Positions 1 through 10,648 of a stretch of DNA of 64,000 nt are shown piece by piece (position 1 is the stretch's first letter; each line of letters begins with the position of its first letter). Under the pieces are notes generated by a model, which worked only from the letters and a program-made list of their open reading frames with translations, made no database searches and was not told the origin of the DNA. The stretch covers positions 14,596 through 78,595 of the forward strand of contig JALSJH010000019.1 in NCBI GenBank assembly GCA_026989455.1. Direction: 5' to 3'. Both the position numbers and the translations under genes were made by a program. The stretch comes from Chromatiales bacterium. GTDB lineage: Bacteria > Pseudomonadota > Gammaproteobacteria > RBG-16-57-12.

Positions 1-158
1 GTCGCAAGGCTTCCATCTCATCGGTACAGCGGCGGCTGAAAGTGGGTTATAACCGGGCCGCTAATTTAGTGGAAGAGATGGAGCGTAACGGCGTTATTTC
101 GCCACCACAATCAAATGGTAATCGAGAGGTGTTGGCACCGCCACCACCGGAGGGTTGA
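1..158 (+). CDS. ftsK: DNA translocase FtsK, C-terminal gamma domain (partial, 5' truncated by window)
   Basis: Frame 3 reads [27 protein letters not shown]...[11 protein letters not shown]; ftsK-lolA-rarA synteny. Confidence 0.95.
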   Translation, partial: RKASISSVQRRLKVGYNRAANLVEEMERNGVISPPQSNGNREVLAPPPPEG

Positions 159-781
159 GATTGAAAATATTATTTATTGTACTGTTGGTTGTGACACCTC
201 TATTTTCAGCGTGGGCGGGTGAAGCGAGGAGTCAGCTCGATGCTTTTCATCAACAGATGAAAACCCTGCAAGCTGACTTTGAACAGCAGCTAGTGAGTGA
301 AAAAGGGGAGGTCAGGCAGCATGCGTTTGGCAAGGTATACATTCAGCGCCCTGGCCAGTTTCGCTGGAACTATCATGCCCCCTACGAGCAGATGATTATG
401 GCGGATCACCATAAACTGACGCTCTACGATGTTGACTTAGAGCAGGTGACCATCAAAAAAATAGATGATGCCTTTGGGCAAACCCCCGCCGTTGTTTTGA
501 GTGGTGCGGGTGATCTTGATGAGAGTTTCAACATCATTGAGCTTGAACCCCATGACGGCATGCAGTGGGTAGCGTTGTTGCCGCGTAACAAAGAGGGGAG
601 CTTTGTGCGTATGCAGCTCGGCTTTCTTGAGGGTGAGTTAAGCGTGATGATACTGCAAGATAGTTTTAATCAACTGACGACGATCACCTTGAGCAATGTG
701 GTGCGCAACCAACCATTGCCCGTAGGGATTTTTGAGTTTGAGGTGCCCGAGGGTGTGGATGTTGTGGGTGACCTGGACTGA
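155..781 (+). CDS. lolA: Outer membrane lipoprotein chaperone LolA
   Basis: Signal peptide, [25 protein letters not shown] motifs; synteny. Confidence 0.95.
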   Translation: MRLKILFIVLLVVTPLFSAWAGEARSQLDAFHQQMKTLQADFEQQLVSEKGEVRQHAFGKVYIQRPGQFRWNYHAPYEQMIMADHHKLTLYDVDLEQVTIKKIDDAFGQTPAVVLSGAGDLDESFNIIELEPHDGMQWVALLPRNKEGSFVRMQLGFLEGELSVMILQDSFNQLTTITLSNVVRNQPLPVGIFEFEVPEGVDVVGDLD

Positions 782-786
782 ATCTG

Positions 787-2115
787 ATGGATGACCTTTT
801 TTCCAGTACCGAAAATGATAACGTACCTTTAGCCGATCGTTTACGCCCTACCGATTTGGATGAATATTTTGGCCAGCAACACCTGCTGGGGGCAGGGAAG
901 CCACTGCGTCAGGCGGTAGAGTCAGGCTCTCTTCACTCAATGATATTCTGGGGGCCACCGGGTACCGGTAAAACCACCCTTGCACGCATGATTGCTAATA
1001 AGGCGCAGGTACTTTTTCTTACTCTTTCCGCTGTGCTCTCGGGGGTTAAAGAGATTCGAGCGAGTGTTGATCAGGCAAAACAAGCTCGGATGCAGGGCAA
1101 AGGGACGGTTCTGTTTGTTGATGAGGTGCATCGCTTTAATAAATCACAACAGGATGCCTTTCTGCCCTATGTCGAGGATGGCACCTTTATTTTTATCGGT
1201 GCGACCACCGAAAACCCCTCATTTGAGCTGAATAATGCGCTACTGTCTCGGGCGCGGGTCTATGTGCTGAAGTCACTCACCCATCACGATATTCGACAAA
1301 TTATCGACCGTGCGCTCAACGATAAAACAGGTGGCTTAGGGGGGCGTAACTTACAAATCCCCCATGAGCAGCGCGAGCAGATTGCACAAGCGGCTGATGG
1401 GGATGGTCGCCGCGCATTAAACCTTCTGGAGATTGCTGTCAGCCTTGCAGAGTCGCGAGAGGGCGTTGAGGTGGTCGATCAATCCACATTGAACGAAGTG
1501 CTCTCCGGTGGTCTGCGTCGTTTTGATAAGAGTGGCGAAGCCTTTTATGATCAAATATCGGCGATGCACAAATCGATGCGCGGCTCCAACCCCGATGCGT
1601 GCCTCTATTGGATGGCACGGATGCTGGATGGAGGTTGTGACCCGCTCTATCTTGCCCGCCGAATTGTTCGTATGGCATCAGAAGATGTTGGCAACGCCGA
1701 TCCACGTGCGCTACAGCTAGCGATGAATGCGTGGAATGTACAGGAGCGTCTCGGCTCCCCGGAGGGTGAGCTGGCCATAGCCCAAGCACTGGTTTATCTC
1801 GCAGTAGCGCCCAAAAGTAACGCAGTATATAAAGCCTATAATGCCGCAATGGCCGATGTGAAAAATCAAGGCTCTATCGAAGTGCCGATCCACCTTCGAA
1901 ATGCGCCCACTAAGCTGATGAAAGAGCTAGGTTATGGTAAAGCTTATCGCTATGCTCACGATGAACCGCACGGCTATGCGGCAGGGGAGAGCTACTTTCC
2001 TGAAGAGATTGGTGTTCGCCATTACTACCAGCCCGTTCCACGAGGAATGGAGCAGAAAATCACTGAAAAACTCAAATTTCTGAAAGAGTTGGATGCGCAA
2101 GCGTTAAAAGAGTAA
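787..2115 (+). CDS. rarA: Replication-associated recombination protein RarA (AAA+)
   Basis: [47 protein letters not shown]. Confidence 0.97.
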   Translation: MDDLFSSTENDNVPLADRLRPTDLDEYFGQQHLLGAGKPLRQAVESGSLHSMIFWGPPGTGKTTLARMIANKAQVLFLTLSAVLSGVKEIRASVDQAKQARMQGKGTVLFVDEVHRFNKSQQDAFLPYVEDGTFIFIGATTENPSFELNNALLSRARVYVLKSLTHHDIRQIIDRALNDKTGGLGGRNLQIPHEQREQIAQAADGDGRRALNLLEIAVSLAESREGVEVVDQSTLNEVLSGGLRRFDKSGEAFYDQISAMHKSMRGSNPDACLYWMARMLDGGCDPLYLARRIVRMASEDVGNADPRALQLAMNAWNVQERLGSPEGELAIAQALVYLAVAPKSNAVYKAYNAAMADVKNQGSIEVPIHLRNAPTKLMKELGYGKAYRYAHDEPHGYAAGESYFPEEIGVRHYYQPVPRGMEQKITEKLKFLKELDAQALKE

Positions 2116-2212
2116 AAGCCGTATTCAAAAAAACATGAAAATAACACCAATGAATGGGTTTTGTTATGATGGTAAGAGATTTGTTAACCGATTGAATGAC
2201 TGGAATTAACCT

Positions 2213-2674
2213 GTGACCAATAATGATATTTTACGCCGTCTTCGTTACACCTTCGATTTCAACGACTCGAAAATGATGCGGCTTTTTAGCCAGGCGGACC
2301 AGCAGGTTACGCGGGCGCAGGTGAGTGCTTGGTTAAAAAAAGATGACGATCCGGGTTACCAAGCTTGTCGTGACATCGAACTAGCTATTTTTCTCAATGG
2401 CATGATCAATGAGATGCGGGGTAAAAGAGAAGGGCCGCAACCTGAGCCGGAAAAACGCTTGAACAATAATATTATTTTTAGAAAGCTCAAAATTGCGCTG
2501 AATTTGCAGAGTGATGCTGTGTTGGATGTGTTGGCGCTGGCAGGTCAGCGTATGAGCCAGCATGAGCTGAGTGCTTTTTTCCGCAAGCCGGAACATAAGC
2601 ACTATCGTCTTTGCAAGGATCAGGTATTACGCAATTTTTTAAAGGGGCTGCAACTTAAGAATAAGCCCGCATAA
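2213..2674 (+). CDS. DUF1456 (YehS-like) protein
   Basis: MTNNDILRRLRY...FLNGMI...NNIIFRKLKIAL...DQVLRNFLKGL pattern. Confidence 0.85.
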   Translation: MTNNDILRRLRYTFDFNDSKMMRLFSQADQQVTRAQVSAWLKKDDDPGYQACRDIELAIFLNGMINEMRGKREGPQPEPEKRLNNNIIFRKLKIALNLQSDAVLDVLALAGQRMSQHELSAFFRKPEHKHYRLCKDQVLRNFLKGLQLKNKPA

Positions 2675-2712
2675 AAGCTCAGCCCCCTTGGTGGATAACT
2701 CAGACCATCTTC

Positions 2713-4785
2713 TTACTCTTCAAAGTTGTAGTGCATCTCTCGATCAGGCTGTTGCAAGTAGTATCCCTGGACAAAGTTGACACCACTCTGCCAAAGAACC
2801 GCCAAGGTGTTGGCATCATGCACAAACTCCGCGATGGTTTGCATATTGTTGGTTTGTGCCATCTCTGAAATCTTTTTAGCAATCTCTTGTGCACCTTTGT
2901 CGTTGGCCAGTGTGCCTATTAATGATCCATCAATTTTAAGGAAATGAGCCTTAAGCCGGGTAAGGTAATCAATTGATTCCGGAAGCCCTAAAACATGCCC
3001 GATGGCGGTGAGGCAGTGGAGTTGATTGATCATGTTAATAAAGGCTTCAGACTCTTTTTTATGCCTCAGAACGTGTTCCTGGTCGAGTTCAAAGATTAAG
3101 TTGTCACCGGGGATGCGTGAATCCCGAAGGTATTTACTGATCCACTTGATGGTCTCTGGATCCAGTAGTGACTCTTCAGATAGTTTGATGAAAAGTTGTA
3201 ATTTTTTGCCTTGCTGACGTTGCTTGATGAGTGTGTTGATGCTGTTAACAATGACCCAACGATCAAACATCTTCATCAAACCAGGCTCTTGCGCGGCGGC
3301 TGGGAAAAAGTCACTGGGGGTGATCTCTTCATTTTCACTGTTCACCATGCGCAGTAGCACTTGGTAGCGCTCACCCGGTGTCGCATGCAGGCTGACGATG
3401 GGTTGAAAAACCAATCTGAAACCGTTCTCTTTAAGTGCGGTTTTAATCAGGTCCGTGTCGCAGCTGCTTTCAACTTCATCCGGTGTTGATGTGGCATCCT
3501 GTGGCATCTGTGCCCGGTTTCCTCCCGCTTGGTGTGCACTGTTGCAGGCACGTTCCAGTTCTACTAATACTTTTTCTGCGGAGTGCTCTCTATTTTTAAG
3601 TGGTGCACAACCAATGCTAACTGAGGTTATTATCTCTTGATCATCAATTAGAAAGTGAGCGCTGGCAATCGCGCTGCATATCTCTTGGGAGAGCTGGTTG
3701 ATTTCGCTTTCTGAAGATACTGGGTGATGGCAGGCAAACATCTCATCAGCAAAACGTGCCAAATTGCTGGCGTTTTTAAGTATTGGCTGAATGATGTCGG
3801 TGATATCTCGTAGAATCATGTCACAGCCAGCGATGCCGAGTTGCTGCTGTAGTTCGGGGTAGTTATCCAGCTTGATAAGAAGCACCGCGTGAGGAAACTC
3901 ATCCCATGCTGCTGGATCTGCCATGAATACTTTTAACTGCTCGATAAAGTGGCCACGGTTATTTAAGTTAGTGACAAGGTCTTTGTTGCTCAGCTCCAGC
4001 AGTTTCTGGTTAAGCTCTTCATCGTAACTCTGATCCTGTATCACTAGTTGGATGCTGGCTTCACCTTCTAGCAGTGCTTCAGTGAAGTCGATACTGACGT
4101 TAAACAGTTGTGTCCCTTTGATTGCAGCGCAGTTGAGTGTGGCGTGAGCCAGCTCTTGCCGACTAAATTGCCGCAAGATACTTTTTACCTCATCGCGGGA
4201 ATCTTTATCAATCAAGTCTAGCAGTGGTGTGCTGTCGAGTTTGTCCTGCTCTTCAAGGTCGAACATTTCAAGGTATGAGGTGTTGGTGTATGCATGCATT
4301 CCATCTTGAATGTAGGCGATGGCATCACGAGAGCTATCCATCAATATGCGATTCCGTTGCTGCTCCTCTTCTGTTTTTCGCTGAGCATGGTGCAGTTGAT
4401 TTTGCAGGGTGTGGGCACTGATCATTCTTGGGAGTAGAACCTCAAGAACTTTGATTTGATCATGTTCGATAATCTGGGTGGCACCCGCCATATAGAGCGC
4501 ATGGGTGGCATTGCAGCGCTCCTTTTGGCACAGGTAGACGGTAATGAGATTGGGCTGTTGTATGCTGATTTGTTGTTGCAGCGTCAGTGGTGGCAGGTCG
4601 ATTGCGGTGGTGTTGATTATGAATACATCCCAAACTTTTTCGGAAAATGCATCTTGTAGCGCATCGCTATCTTTTATTGATCTGTCTCTTACCGCAAATC
4701 CGGCATTTTTGAGGATATTGATGTATTGTTCACGCTGCTCCTGCTCATGTTCCCACATGAGAAGGTTAAGAATATTCTTTTTCAA
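2713..4785 (-). CDS. FimX-like REC-PAS-GGDEF-EAL c-di-GMP sensor with degenerate catalytic motifs
   Basis: Degenerate REC, PAS (DSSRDAIAYIQDGMHAYTN), GGDEF site ADEMF, EAL site QVLLR, QGYYLQ terminus; adjacent to a fimW-like gene. Confidence 0.8.
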   Translation of the reverse strand: MKKNILNLLMWEHEQEQREQYINILKNAGFAVRDRSIKDSDALQDAFSEKVWDVFIINTTAIDLPPLTLQQQISIQQPNLITVYLCQKERCNATHALYMAGATQIIEHDQIKVLEVLLPRMISAHTLQNQLHHAQRKTEEEQQRNRILMDSSRDAIAYIQDGMHAYTNTSYLEMFDLEEQDKLDSTPLLDLIDKDSRDEVKSILRQFSRQELAHATLNCAAIKGTQLFNVSIDFTEALLEGEASIQLVIQDQSYDEELNQKLLELSNKDLVTNLNNRGHFIEQLKVFMADPAAWDEFPHAVLLIKLDNYPELQQQLGIAGCDMILRDITDIIQPILKNASNLARFADEMFACHHPVSSESEINQLSQEICSAIASAHFLIDDQEIITSVSIGCAPLKNREHSAEKVLVELERACNSAHQAGGNRAQMPQDATSTPDEVESSCDTDLIKTALKENGFRLVFQPIVSLHATPGERYQVLLRMVNSENEEITPSDFFPAAAQEPGLMKMFDRWVIVNSINTLIKQRQQGKKLQLFIKLSEESLLDPETIKWISKYLRDSRIPGDNLIFELDQEHVLRHKKESEAFINMINQLHCLTAIGHVLGLPESIDYLTRLKAHFLKIDGSLIGTLANDKGAQEIAKKISEMAQTNNMQTIAEFVHDANTLAVLWQSGVNFVQGYYLQQPDREMHYNFEE

Positions 4786-4854
4786 TAGGGTTCCTTTCTT
4801 GTACTGCTTGATGGTTTTTTATTGGCGCATCCGCATGTGCAAAGGTCTCAGAAA

Positions 4855-6600
4855 TTAAAGAAGCTCCCAAGCATTGTCCAAGCTGTCATCACTGCCCCGG
4901 GTATCGATAGCCTTCTTCGAAGCAATCTTGGCTATTTGCTCTATGCTCTCATATTGATACAGGGCGTGGCCACCTCCACGCTTGGTCTGCTGCTTGAGTA
5001 GTACCAGTGTATCTTCATCTCTGTGGTGCAAAGTTATCCGCTGGCCTTCTTTAAAGGTATTGGGGGTGACCAGGGTTGCGGGCTGTTTGATTGCGCTCAG
5101 TTCAGGAAGCAGTAGCGCCCGCATTTTGTGTTGTGCCTCGGGGTGTACCTCTTCAGCATATAAACTAATCTCAACCGGAGTGGCGCTGGGGGCAATGAGC
5201 TCAATGCCAATGACCAGTTCATTGCCCGTTGTTTGATGTACCCAGCGAATCAACGCCAATCCAAACTGCTTTCCTGATCCGTTAAAACCTTTATGTAAGC
5301 TAACCAATTCACCCACCTTGAGGCCATTGGCGGTTGTATTTTGTTTGAATTTTAGCTTGTAACCATTTGCGCTCTCATCAATAACATCGAAGTCATGGGT
5401 TTTATATTCAACCGGTTTGCTAGCGCGGTCTTCGCCGAAAACAGTTGTAGTCGTGGCTTCGCGGTATACATTCCAGACATCGGGTGCATCGTCACGCCCG
5501 ACGCTGGTGACGAATGAGTTCATGTAGCAGGCTGGGCGTGCAACATCATGGTTGCCGTGGCCAATATGGTGGCTGAGCATCCAGTGGATTGCACTGATAC
5601 CAATTGCCAAGGTAAACATATCTGATTTTTCTGAGCGGCTAAATACTCTCTTCTGCTCGCCTCCCAATTGTTTTTGTAGGCGCTGCAAGGTCTCTTTGTG
5701 CAGTGCGGTTAAGCTGGGGTTGCTGCGGCTCTTGGTTATTTCATCTTGCAGTGAAGAGCGCAGACTACTGGTGTCAATGATTCGCCAGCTTTCGCTCTGT
5801 TGTGTGGGCTTTTCAAGATATAACGGTCCATCATCACTGTTTAGGTTTATGAATAGGGCGTGTAGTCCCGGAGTATATTTCTCCATGCTGAGTAGGCGGC
5901 AGCTAGAGACCCAAGTTTCTAAAAGGTGGTTAAGTTGGGTTATCTCACGTTGCTCCAGACAAGCAGGTGTGGAGGCCGTGAGGAGCAGTGCCTGTTTGAA
6001 GCGATTAACAACGCTCCAAGGGGAGCGGCTGCCAAAAACAGCAATATCCGCAAGGGAGAGCTGTTCTGCATACTGCATGATCAGACACTGCTCACGCCAG
6101 AAGCTTTTAGGTATTGTGCTGTAGGTCAGGTACAGGCATAACAGGAGCCGGTTATTAAAGGCTAGGTGGCTTTGCATTACGGTCGCTAGTCGCAGGCGAC
6201 TTTTGCTTGACCCACCCTCGTTGAGGCTGTCAAGAATGATGGATTTATGGGCAATAACGACCTCATGTAGCAAGCTTTGTGCTAGACGTGCTATTTTTTT
6301 ATTTTTTGCGGGGAAGGGTAGCGATAGCCCAATGTAGTGTTTTTCCATCGCCTCAAGAATGTAGTCGATGGGGTCGTACAGCTGCTGGATTAACCGCTCT
6401 CTTTCGGTAGAGGGCAGTTTAAGGGCGTTTGATTCAGTGAGTAGCGCGTAGACCTGCTTCGCCATCAGGCCTAAATTAGCACGTGGCATATCCGCTAGCC
6501 ACTGCTCTATCGCTTTTGAGCGTAGGTCGCGACTACTTTTTGTCTGAGCTTGCTGCTCAGGTATTTTGAAACTGAAACTTTTCACCCTACATATTTCCAT
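4855..6600 (-). CDS. FimW-like PilZ-type c-di-GMP receptor
   Basis: WLADMPRANL N-terminus, RxxxR (RVFSR) and DxSxxG (DESANG) motifs, IRW...GIEL; upstream of the fimX-like gene as in Pseudomonas. Confidence 0.7.
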   Translation of the reverse strand: MEICRVKSFSFKIPEQQAQTKSSRDLRSKAIEQWLADMPRANLGLMAKQVYALLTESNALKLPSTERERLIQQLYDPIDYILEAMEKHYIGLSLPFPAKNKKIARLAQSLLHEVVIAHKSIILDSLNEGGSSKSRLRLATVMQSHLAFNNRLLLCLYLTYSTIPKSFWREQCLIMQYAEQLSLADIAVFGSRSPWSVVNRFKQALLLTASTPACLEQREITQLNHLLETWVSSCRLLSMEKYTPGLHALFINLNSDDGPLYLEKPTQQSESWRIIDTSSLRSSLQDEITKSRSNPSLTALHKETLQRLQKQLGGEQKRVFSRSEKSDMFTLAIGISAIHWMLSHHIGHGNHDVARPACYMNSFVTSVGRDDAPDVWNVYREATTTTVFGEDRASKPVEYKTHDFDVIDESANGYKLKFKQNTTANGLKVGELVSLHKGFNGSGKQFGLALIRWVHQTTGNELVIGIELIAPSATPVEISLYAEEVHPEAQHKMRALLLPELSAIKQPATLVTPNTFKEGQRITLHHRDEDTLVLLKQQTKRGGGHALYQYESIEQIAKIASKKAIDTRGSDDSLDNAWELL

Positions 6601-6705
6601 TCATGCTTCTTAGGCTTGTCGCCTAAATAGAAGGCGCCGCGTACTCTATTCCAATGAAATAGTCTAGTCGCTATGTTAAAAAAATGCAACTTTCTGTGAT
6701 GCGAC

Positions 6706-7713
6706 TCACGTTATAACGGTTTTATTCGGCTCTCCTGCCAGCTCTTGAACCAAGGTGGGCACAAGATAGCCTGGGAGCTCCGCTTTGAGCTCTCTATGTA
6801 GTTGTCGCGCCTGTTTGAGCGGGATGTCGAAGTGTGCGGCGCCCGATGTTTTATCCAGTAGGTGAAGGTAGTATGGGATGATTCGGTGTCCAAATAGTTT
6901 TTCACTGAGCGCTTTGAGTGATGAGACTGAATCGTTGACTCCTTTTAACAGTACACTTTGATTAAATAGCGTGATACCGCTGCGGGAGAGCTTTTCGATG
7001 GCACTTTCCACTTGGTGATCAAATTCATTAGCGTGGTTGAAGTGAAGAACCACTATTTGTTGTAGGCGGCTATGGTTTAAGGTCTCCAGTAGCCTGTCGG
7101 TGATGCGGCTGGGTAGTACAACAGGCTGGCGGGTGTGAATGCGTAGTCGCTTGAGGTGAGGGATGGTGTCGAGCTTGGATATAATCTGTTCGAGGCGCTC
7201 ATCGCTGAGCGACAGGGGGTCGCCGCCGCTGAGAATAACTTCACTTAAACTGCCATCGCCTGCAATATATGCCATGGCTTGAGTGAGTGACTCTTCATCT
7301 AGCCGCGATGCTTGGTAAGGGAAATGGCGGCGAAAGCAGTAGCGGCAATGCACTGCGCAAGCGGCTGTGGTGATTAATAGACAGCGGCCCGAATATTTGT
7401 GCAGCAATCCGGGAAGTTTTATTGATGCGTTGTCTCCTACCGGGTCAATGCTATAGCCATTAACCTGATCAAGCTCCTCCCCTTGTGGCAATATTTGAAG
7501 TAATAGCGGGTCGTTGGGGTCGCCTGGGCGCATGCGTGAAAGGTAGCTTTCGGTGACGCGCAAAGGGAATTGCTTGCACGCCTGATATCTGTCAGCAAGT
7601 TGATGGTGACAGAGGTTGAGCCGACTAAGCAGCACTTCGGGGTCTCGAATTGCCCCGGCCAGTTCATTTTGCCATGCAGAGACCTGCCATATTGTGTTTG
7701 TTCGCGCTATCAT
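6706..7713 (-). CDS. epmB: EF-P beta-lysylation protein EpmB (KamA-family radical SAM)
   Basis: CAVHCRYCFRRHFPY, SGGDPL, RIHTR, PYYLH; divergent from efp. Confidence 0.95.
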   Translation of the reverse strand: MIARTNTIWQVSAWQNELAGAIRDPEVLLSRLNLCHHQLADRYQACKQFPLRVTESYLSRMRPGDPNDPLLLQILPQGEELDQVNGYSIDPVGDNASIKLPGLLHKYSGRCLLITTAACAVHCRYCFRRHFPYQASRLDEESLTQAMAYIAGDGSLSEVILSGGDPLSLSDERLEQIISKLDTIPHLKRLRIHTRQPVVLPSRITDRLLETLNHSRLQQIVVLHFNHANEFDHQVESAIEKLSRSGITLFNQSVLLKGVNDSVSSLKALSEKLFGHRIIPYYLHLLDKTSGAAHFDIPLKQARQLHRELKAELPGYLVPTLVQELAGEPNKTVIT

Positions 7714-7768
7714 GTGGCTCTTTAATGTGTTCTAAATAATTGACTGATTTTCTCAGAATGAGGGTGAA

Positions 7769-8338
7769 ATGGCTACATACAGTACTAATGAGTTTCGAGG
7801 CGGTTTGAAAATCATGCTTGATGGTGACCCTTGTGCGGTGATTGAAAATGAATTTGTAAAGCCGGGCAAGGGGCAGGCGTTTAACCGTGTGAAGATTCGT
7901 AACTTGAAAACGGGCCGAGTGGTTGAGCGTACCTTTAAGTCGGGTGAGAGCGTTGAAGCGGCGGATGTTATGGATACTGATATGCAGTATCTCTACACGG
8001 ATGGTGAGTTTTGGTATTTTATGGATGCTAACACCTTTGAGCAAGTTGGTGCGTCTGAATCAGCCGTTGCGGGTACCAAACAGTGGTTGAAAGAGCAGGA
8101 TACCTACACACTGACGTTATGGAACGATGCTCCCATCTCCGTTACGCCGCCAAATTTTGTTGATCTGACGGTGACGGAGACAGATCCGGGCGTTCGCGGT
8201 GATACTTCGGGTGGTGGTGGTAAACCGGCAACATTGGAGACGGGGGCGGTTGTTCGTGTGCCGCTCTTCATTAATATCGGTGATATGTTGAAAGTGGACA
8301 CGCGCTCAGGTGAGTATGTTTCACGCGCAAAGGAGTAA
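7769..8338 (+). CDS. efp: Elongation factor P
   Basis: [28 protein letters not shown]. Confidence 0.98.
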   Translation: MATYSTNEFRGGLKIMLDGDPCAVIENEFVKPGKGQAFNRVKIRNLKTGRVVERTFKSGESVEAADVMDTDMQYLYTDGEFWYFMDANTFEQVGASESAVAGTKQWLKEQDTYTLTLWNDAPISVTPPNFVDLTVTETDPGVRGDTSGGGGKPATLETGAVVRVPLFINIGDMLKVDTRSGEYVSRAKE

Positions 8339-8344
8339 TGACCG

Positions 8345-9340
8345 GTGGTTTCTGGTGACATCGGGTGGCGCTCTTCAGCAACACTGGAAAGCCTGAAAAT
8401 AAGAGCCGCTATTTTATCCAAAATACGTGGCTTTTTTTCTGCCCGTGAAGTGCTAGAGGTGGAGACACCTGTTTTGAGCCAGGCAGCCCTAAGTGACCCC
8501 TCTATTGAGAGCTTTAGCACCCGTTACGTGGGGCCTGGGTTTGCCCAGGGGCGGAATTTCTACCTTCACACCTCGCCCGAATTTGCTATGAAACGGCTGC
8601 TCGCATCCGGCTGTGGTGCGATATATCAAATTTGCAAAGTGTTTCGTCAAGGGGAGAGTGGGCGACGCCATAATCCGGAGTTTACGTTGCTGGAGTGGTA
8701 CCGACCCGGCTGGGATCACCACCAATTGATGCTCGAAGTTGAAACCTTGGTGTGTGAGCTGTTAGCACCGTATTGTGATTTGGCGGTGACTGAGAGGGTG
8801 ACTTATCAAGATGCTTTTTCACGCTATGTCGGTATAGACCCCTTTTCTGCGACTATTGATGAGTTGAAGGCGTGCGCTGATGCTTTGGGCATTTCAATAG
8901 CGTGGGATAGTGGCGATGCCACTCGGGATGAGTGGCTTGATTTAATTTTAAGCCACGCCATCGAGCCGCAGCTGGGGCTGGGGAAGTTGACGTTTTTGTG
9001 TGATTACCCGCCTTCGCAGGCTGCACTCGCGGTTGTCAGGCCGGGGGATCCCGCTGTGGCTGAACGCTTTGAGCTCTATCTGGAGGGTGTGGAGCTGGCG
9101 AATGGTTTCCATGAGCTGGTGGATGCAGATGAGCAGCGGCAGCGTTTTGAGTGTGATATCACTCAGCGGGGTGAATTAGGCTTGGTGCAAAACCCGCTGG
9201 ACGAGGCGCTTCTTTCCGCTTTATCGTCCGGTATGCCGCCCAGTGCGGGTGTTGCACTGGGGGTGGATCGTTTGCTGATGTTGGCCTGCGGTGTGGACTT
9301 GATTGAAAAGGTGATGACCTTTGACCTGTCGAGATCGTGA
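8345..9340 (+). CDS. epmA: EF-P lysine beta-lysyltransferase EpmA (GenX/PoxA)
   Basis: TSPEFAMKRLL, HNPEFTLLEWY, ERFE, ELANGFHEL, GVALGVDRL; follows efp. Confidence 0.95.
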   Translation: MVSGDIGWRSSATLESLKIRAAILSKIRGFFSAREVLEVETPVLSQAALSDPSIESFSTRYVGPGFAQGRNFYLHTSPEFAMKRLLASGCGAIYQICKVFRQGESGRRHNPEFTLLEWYRPGWDHHQLMLEVETLVCELLAPYCDLAVTERVTYQDAFSRYVGIDPFSATIDELKACADALGISIAWDSGDATRDEWLDLILSHAIEPQLGLGKLTFLCDYPPSQAALAVVRPGDPAVAERFELYLEGVELANGFHELVDADEQRQRFECDITQRGELGLVQNPLDEALLSALSSGMPPSAGVALGVDRLLMLACGVDLIEKVMTFDLSRS

Positions 9341-9365
9341 CTACACCGAATAGTTACTCGAACTC

Positions 9366-9533
9366 TTAATCGGGCTTCTGATTTTCCCACTTTTCAAAGC
9401 ACGCCTGGCCACAGAAGTGGTAAACATATTCAACACCCTCTTCACGCTTTGCCAGATCTTTTGGAATCTCTTTCATACAGATTTGGCAAGCGAGTATTTC
9501 GGGTTCTTCCGGCTTAAGTTTTGGGTCGCTCAT
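9366..9533 (-). CDS. Small 55-aa DUF3330/TRASH-like metal-binding protein (absent from the ORF track)
   Basis: MSDPKLKPEEPEILACQICMKEIP...EYVYHFCGQACFEKWENQKPD*; CxxC and FCxxxC motifs; GGAG RBS upstream. Confidence 0.8.
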   Translation of the reverse strand: MSDPKLKPEEPEILACQICMKEIPKDLAKREEGVEYVYHFCGQACFEKWENQKPD

Positions 9534-9586
9534 AATCTCTTCTCCTGAAATGCTGCACTACCCTGAGTGTAGTTCAGTTTGGTCAA

Positions 9587-10477
9587 TTATGCTTGCGGAT
9601 GGTGCTCGGCTAGTAACTCCCCTAGTCGGACACGCTCACCGGCTTGGATGTTGTCGGCAAACGTTATCTCAGGGTTGGCAAATAACATAATGACGGTTGA
9701 ACCCATGTTAAAGCGCCCCATCTCCGCCCCTTTTGTAAATGAGACACTCTGTTCGCCTTCATAATGCCACTGTTTAACATTGTGACGTGAGGGAGGGGTT
9801 ACTACACCGTGCCATACGGTTTCGATGCTACCGACAAAAATAGCCCCCACCAGGATCATCGCCATGGGGCCGTGCTCGGTCTCAAACAGTGTGACTACCC
9901 GCTCATTACGTGCAAACAATCCGGGGATAACTTTGGCTGACGCACTGTTGACGCTGAATAGCCGACCTGGAACGTGCAGCATTTGCGTCAATGTGGCATC
10001 ACAGGGCATGTGGATGCGGTGGTAATCTTTAGGCGAGAGATAGATAGTGGCAAAACTTCCGTTGTTGAATGTTTCGGTTAGTTGCGGCTCTCCACCCACT
10101 AATGCTTCTAGGGTGTAGTCATGTCCTTTAGCTTGATAGATTCGACCATCACTAATGGCTCCCGCCTGGCTGATAGCGCCATCCACAGGGCATGCGAATC
10201 GATTGTTGCCGGTAATGATCTCCCGTGCATCGTCTCGAAGCTCACGGGTGAAGAAGTGATTGAAGGTAGGGTAGGCCGTCAACTCGGGCTGTTTCGCCTC
10301 ATTCATATCGATATTGAACTGCTTGGCAAACCAGCGAATATGCCTGTTTTTGAAAGGGGCAAAACGGATTCTGGTGAGTGCTAACATCGCTCTTGAGAGT
10401 AGGTGTTGTGGTAGGAGATAGAGGGGGGCCGCTTTAAGGTAGTCAAGCAGAGTGGCAGTCGATTCGTCTTGTTTCAT
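9587..10477 (-). CDS. psd: Phosphatidylserine (archaetidylserine-type) decarboxylase proenzyme
   Basis: FFTREL, YLSPKDYHRIH, ARNERV, GRFNMGST self-cleavage motif. Confidence 0.95.
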   Translation of the reverse strand: MKQDESTATLLDYLKAAPLYLLPQHLLSRAMLALTRIRFAPFKNRHIRWFAKQFNIDMNEAKQPELTAYPTFNHFFTRELRDDAREIITGNNRFACPVDGAISQAGAISDGRIYQAKGHDYTLEALVGGEPQLTETFNNGSFATIYLSPKDYHRIHMPCDATLTQMLHVPGRLFSVNSASAKVIPGLFARNERVVTLFETEHGPMAMILVGAIFVGSIETVWHGVVTPPSRHNVKQWHYEGEQSVSFTKGAEMGRFNMGSTVIMLFANPEITFADNIQAGERVRLGELLAEHHPQA

Positions 10478-10510
10478 CTTAGGTATCTTGGTTGTTGAAT
10501 GCGTGGTAAG

Positions 10511-10537
10511 GGAAGCTCTAAATAAGTGATGATTATT
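10511..10537 (-). repeat. Possible degenerate terminal remnant of MITE family A
   Basis: GGAAGCTCTAAATAAGTGATGATTATT resembles the family-A end GGAAGCTCTGAACAAGTCATGAATGTT. Confidence 0.45.
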
Positions 10538-10648
10538 ACATGCCCGTATAGCCAGAGCCTATTTTTTTGTCATTTTGGGTTTAAATCTCCAAATAATTTA
10601 TGAATTAGGTACAATCGAGCTTGTTCCTTGATTTCATAAGGAATATTG

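Noticed and set aside
6706-9340. Radical SAM plus aaRS-like genes as a novel biosynthetic cluster
   Set aside because: This is the known EpmB-EF-P-EpmA modification system.
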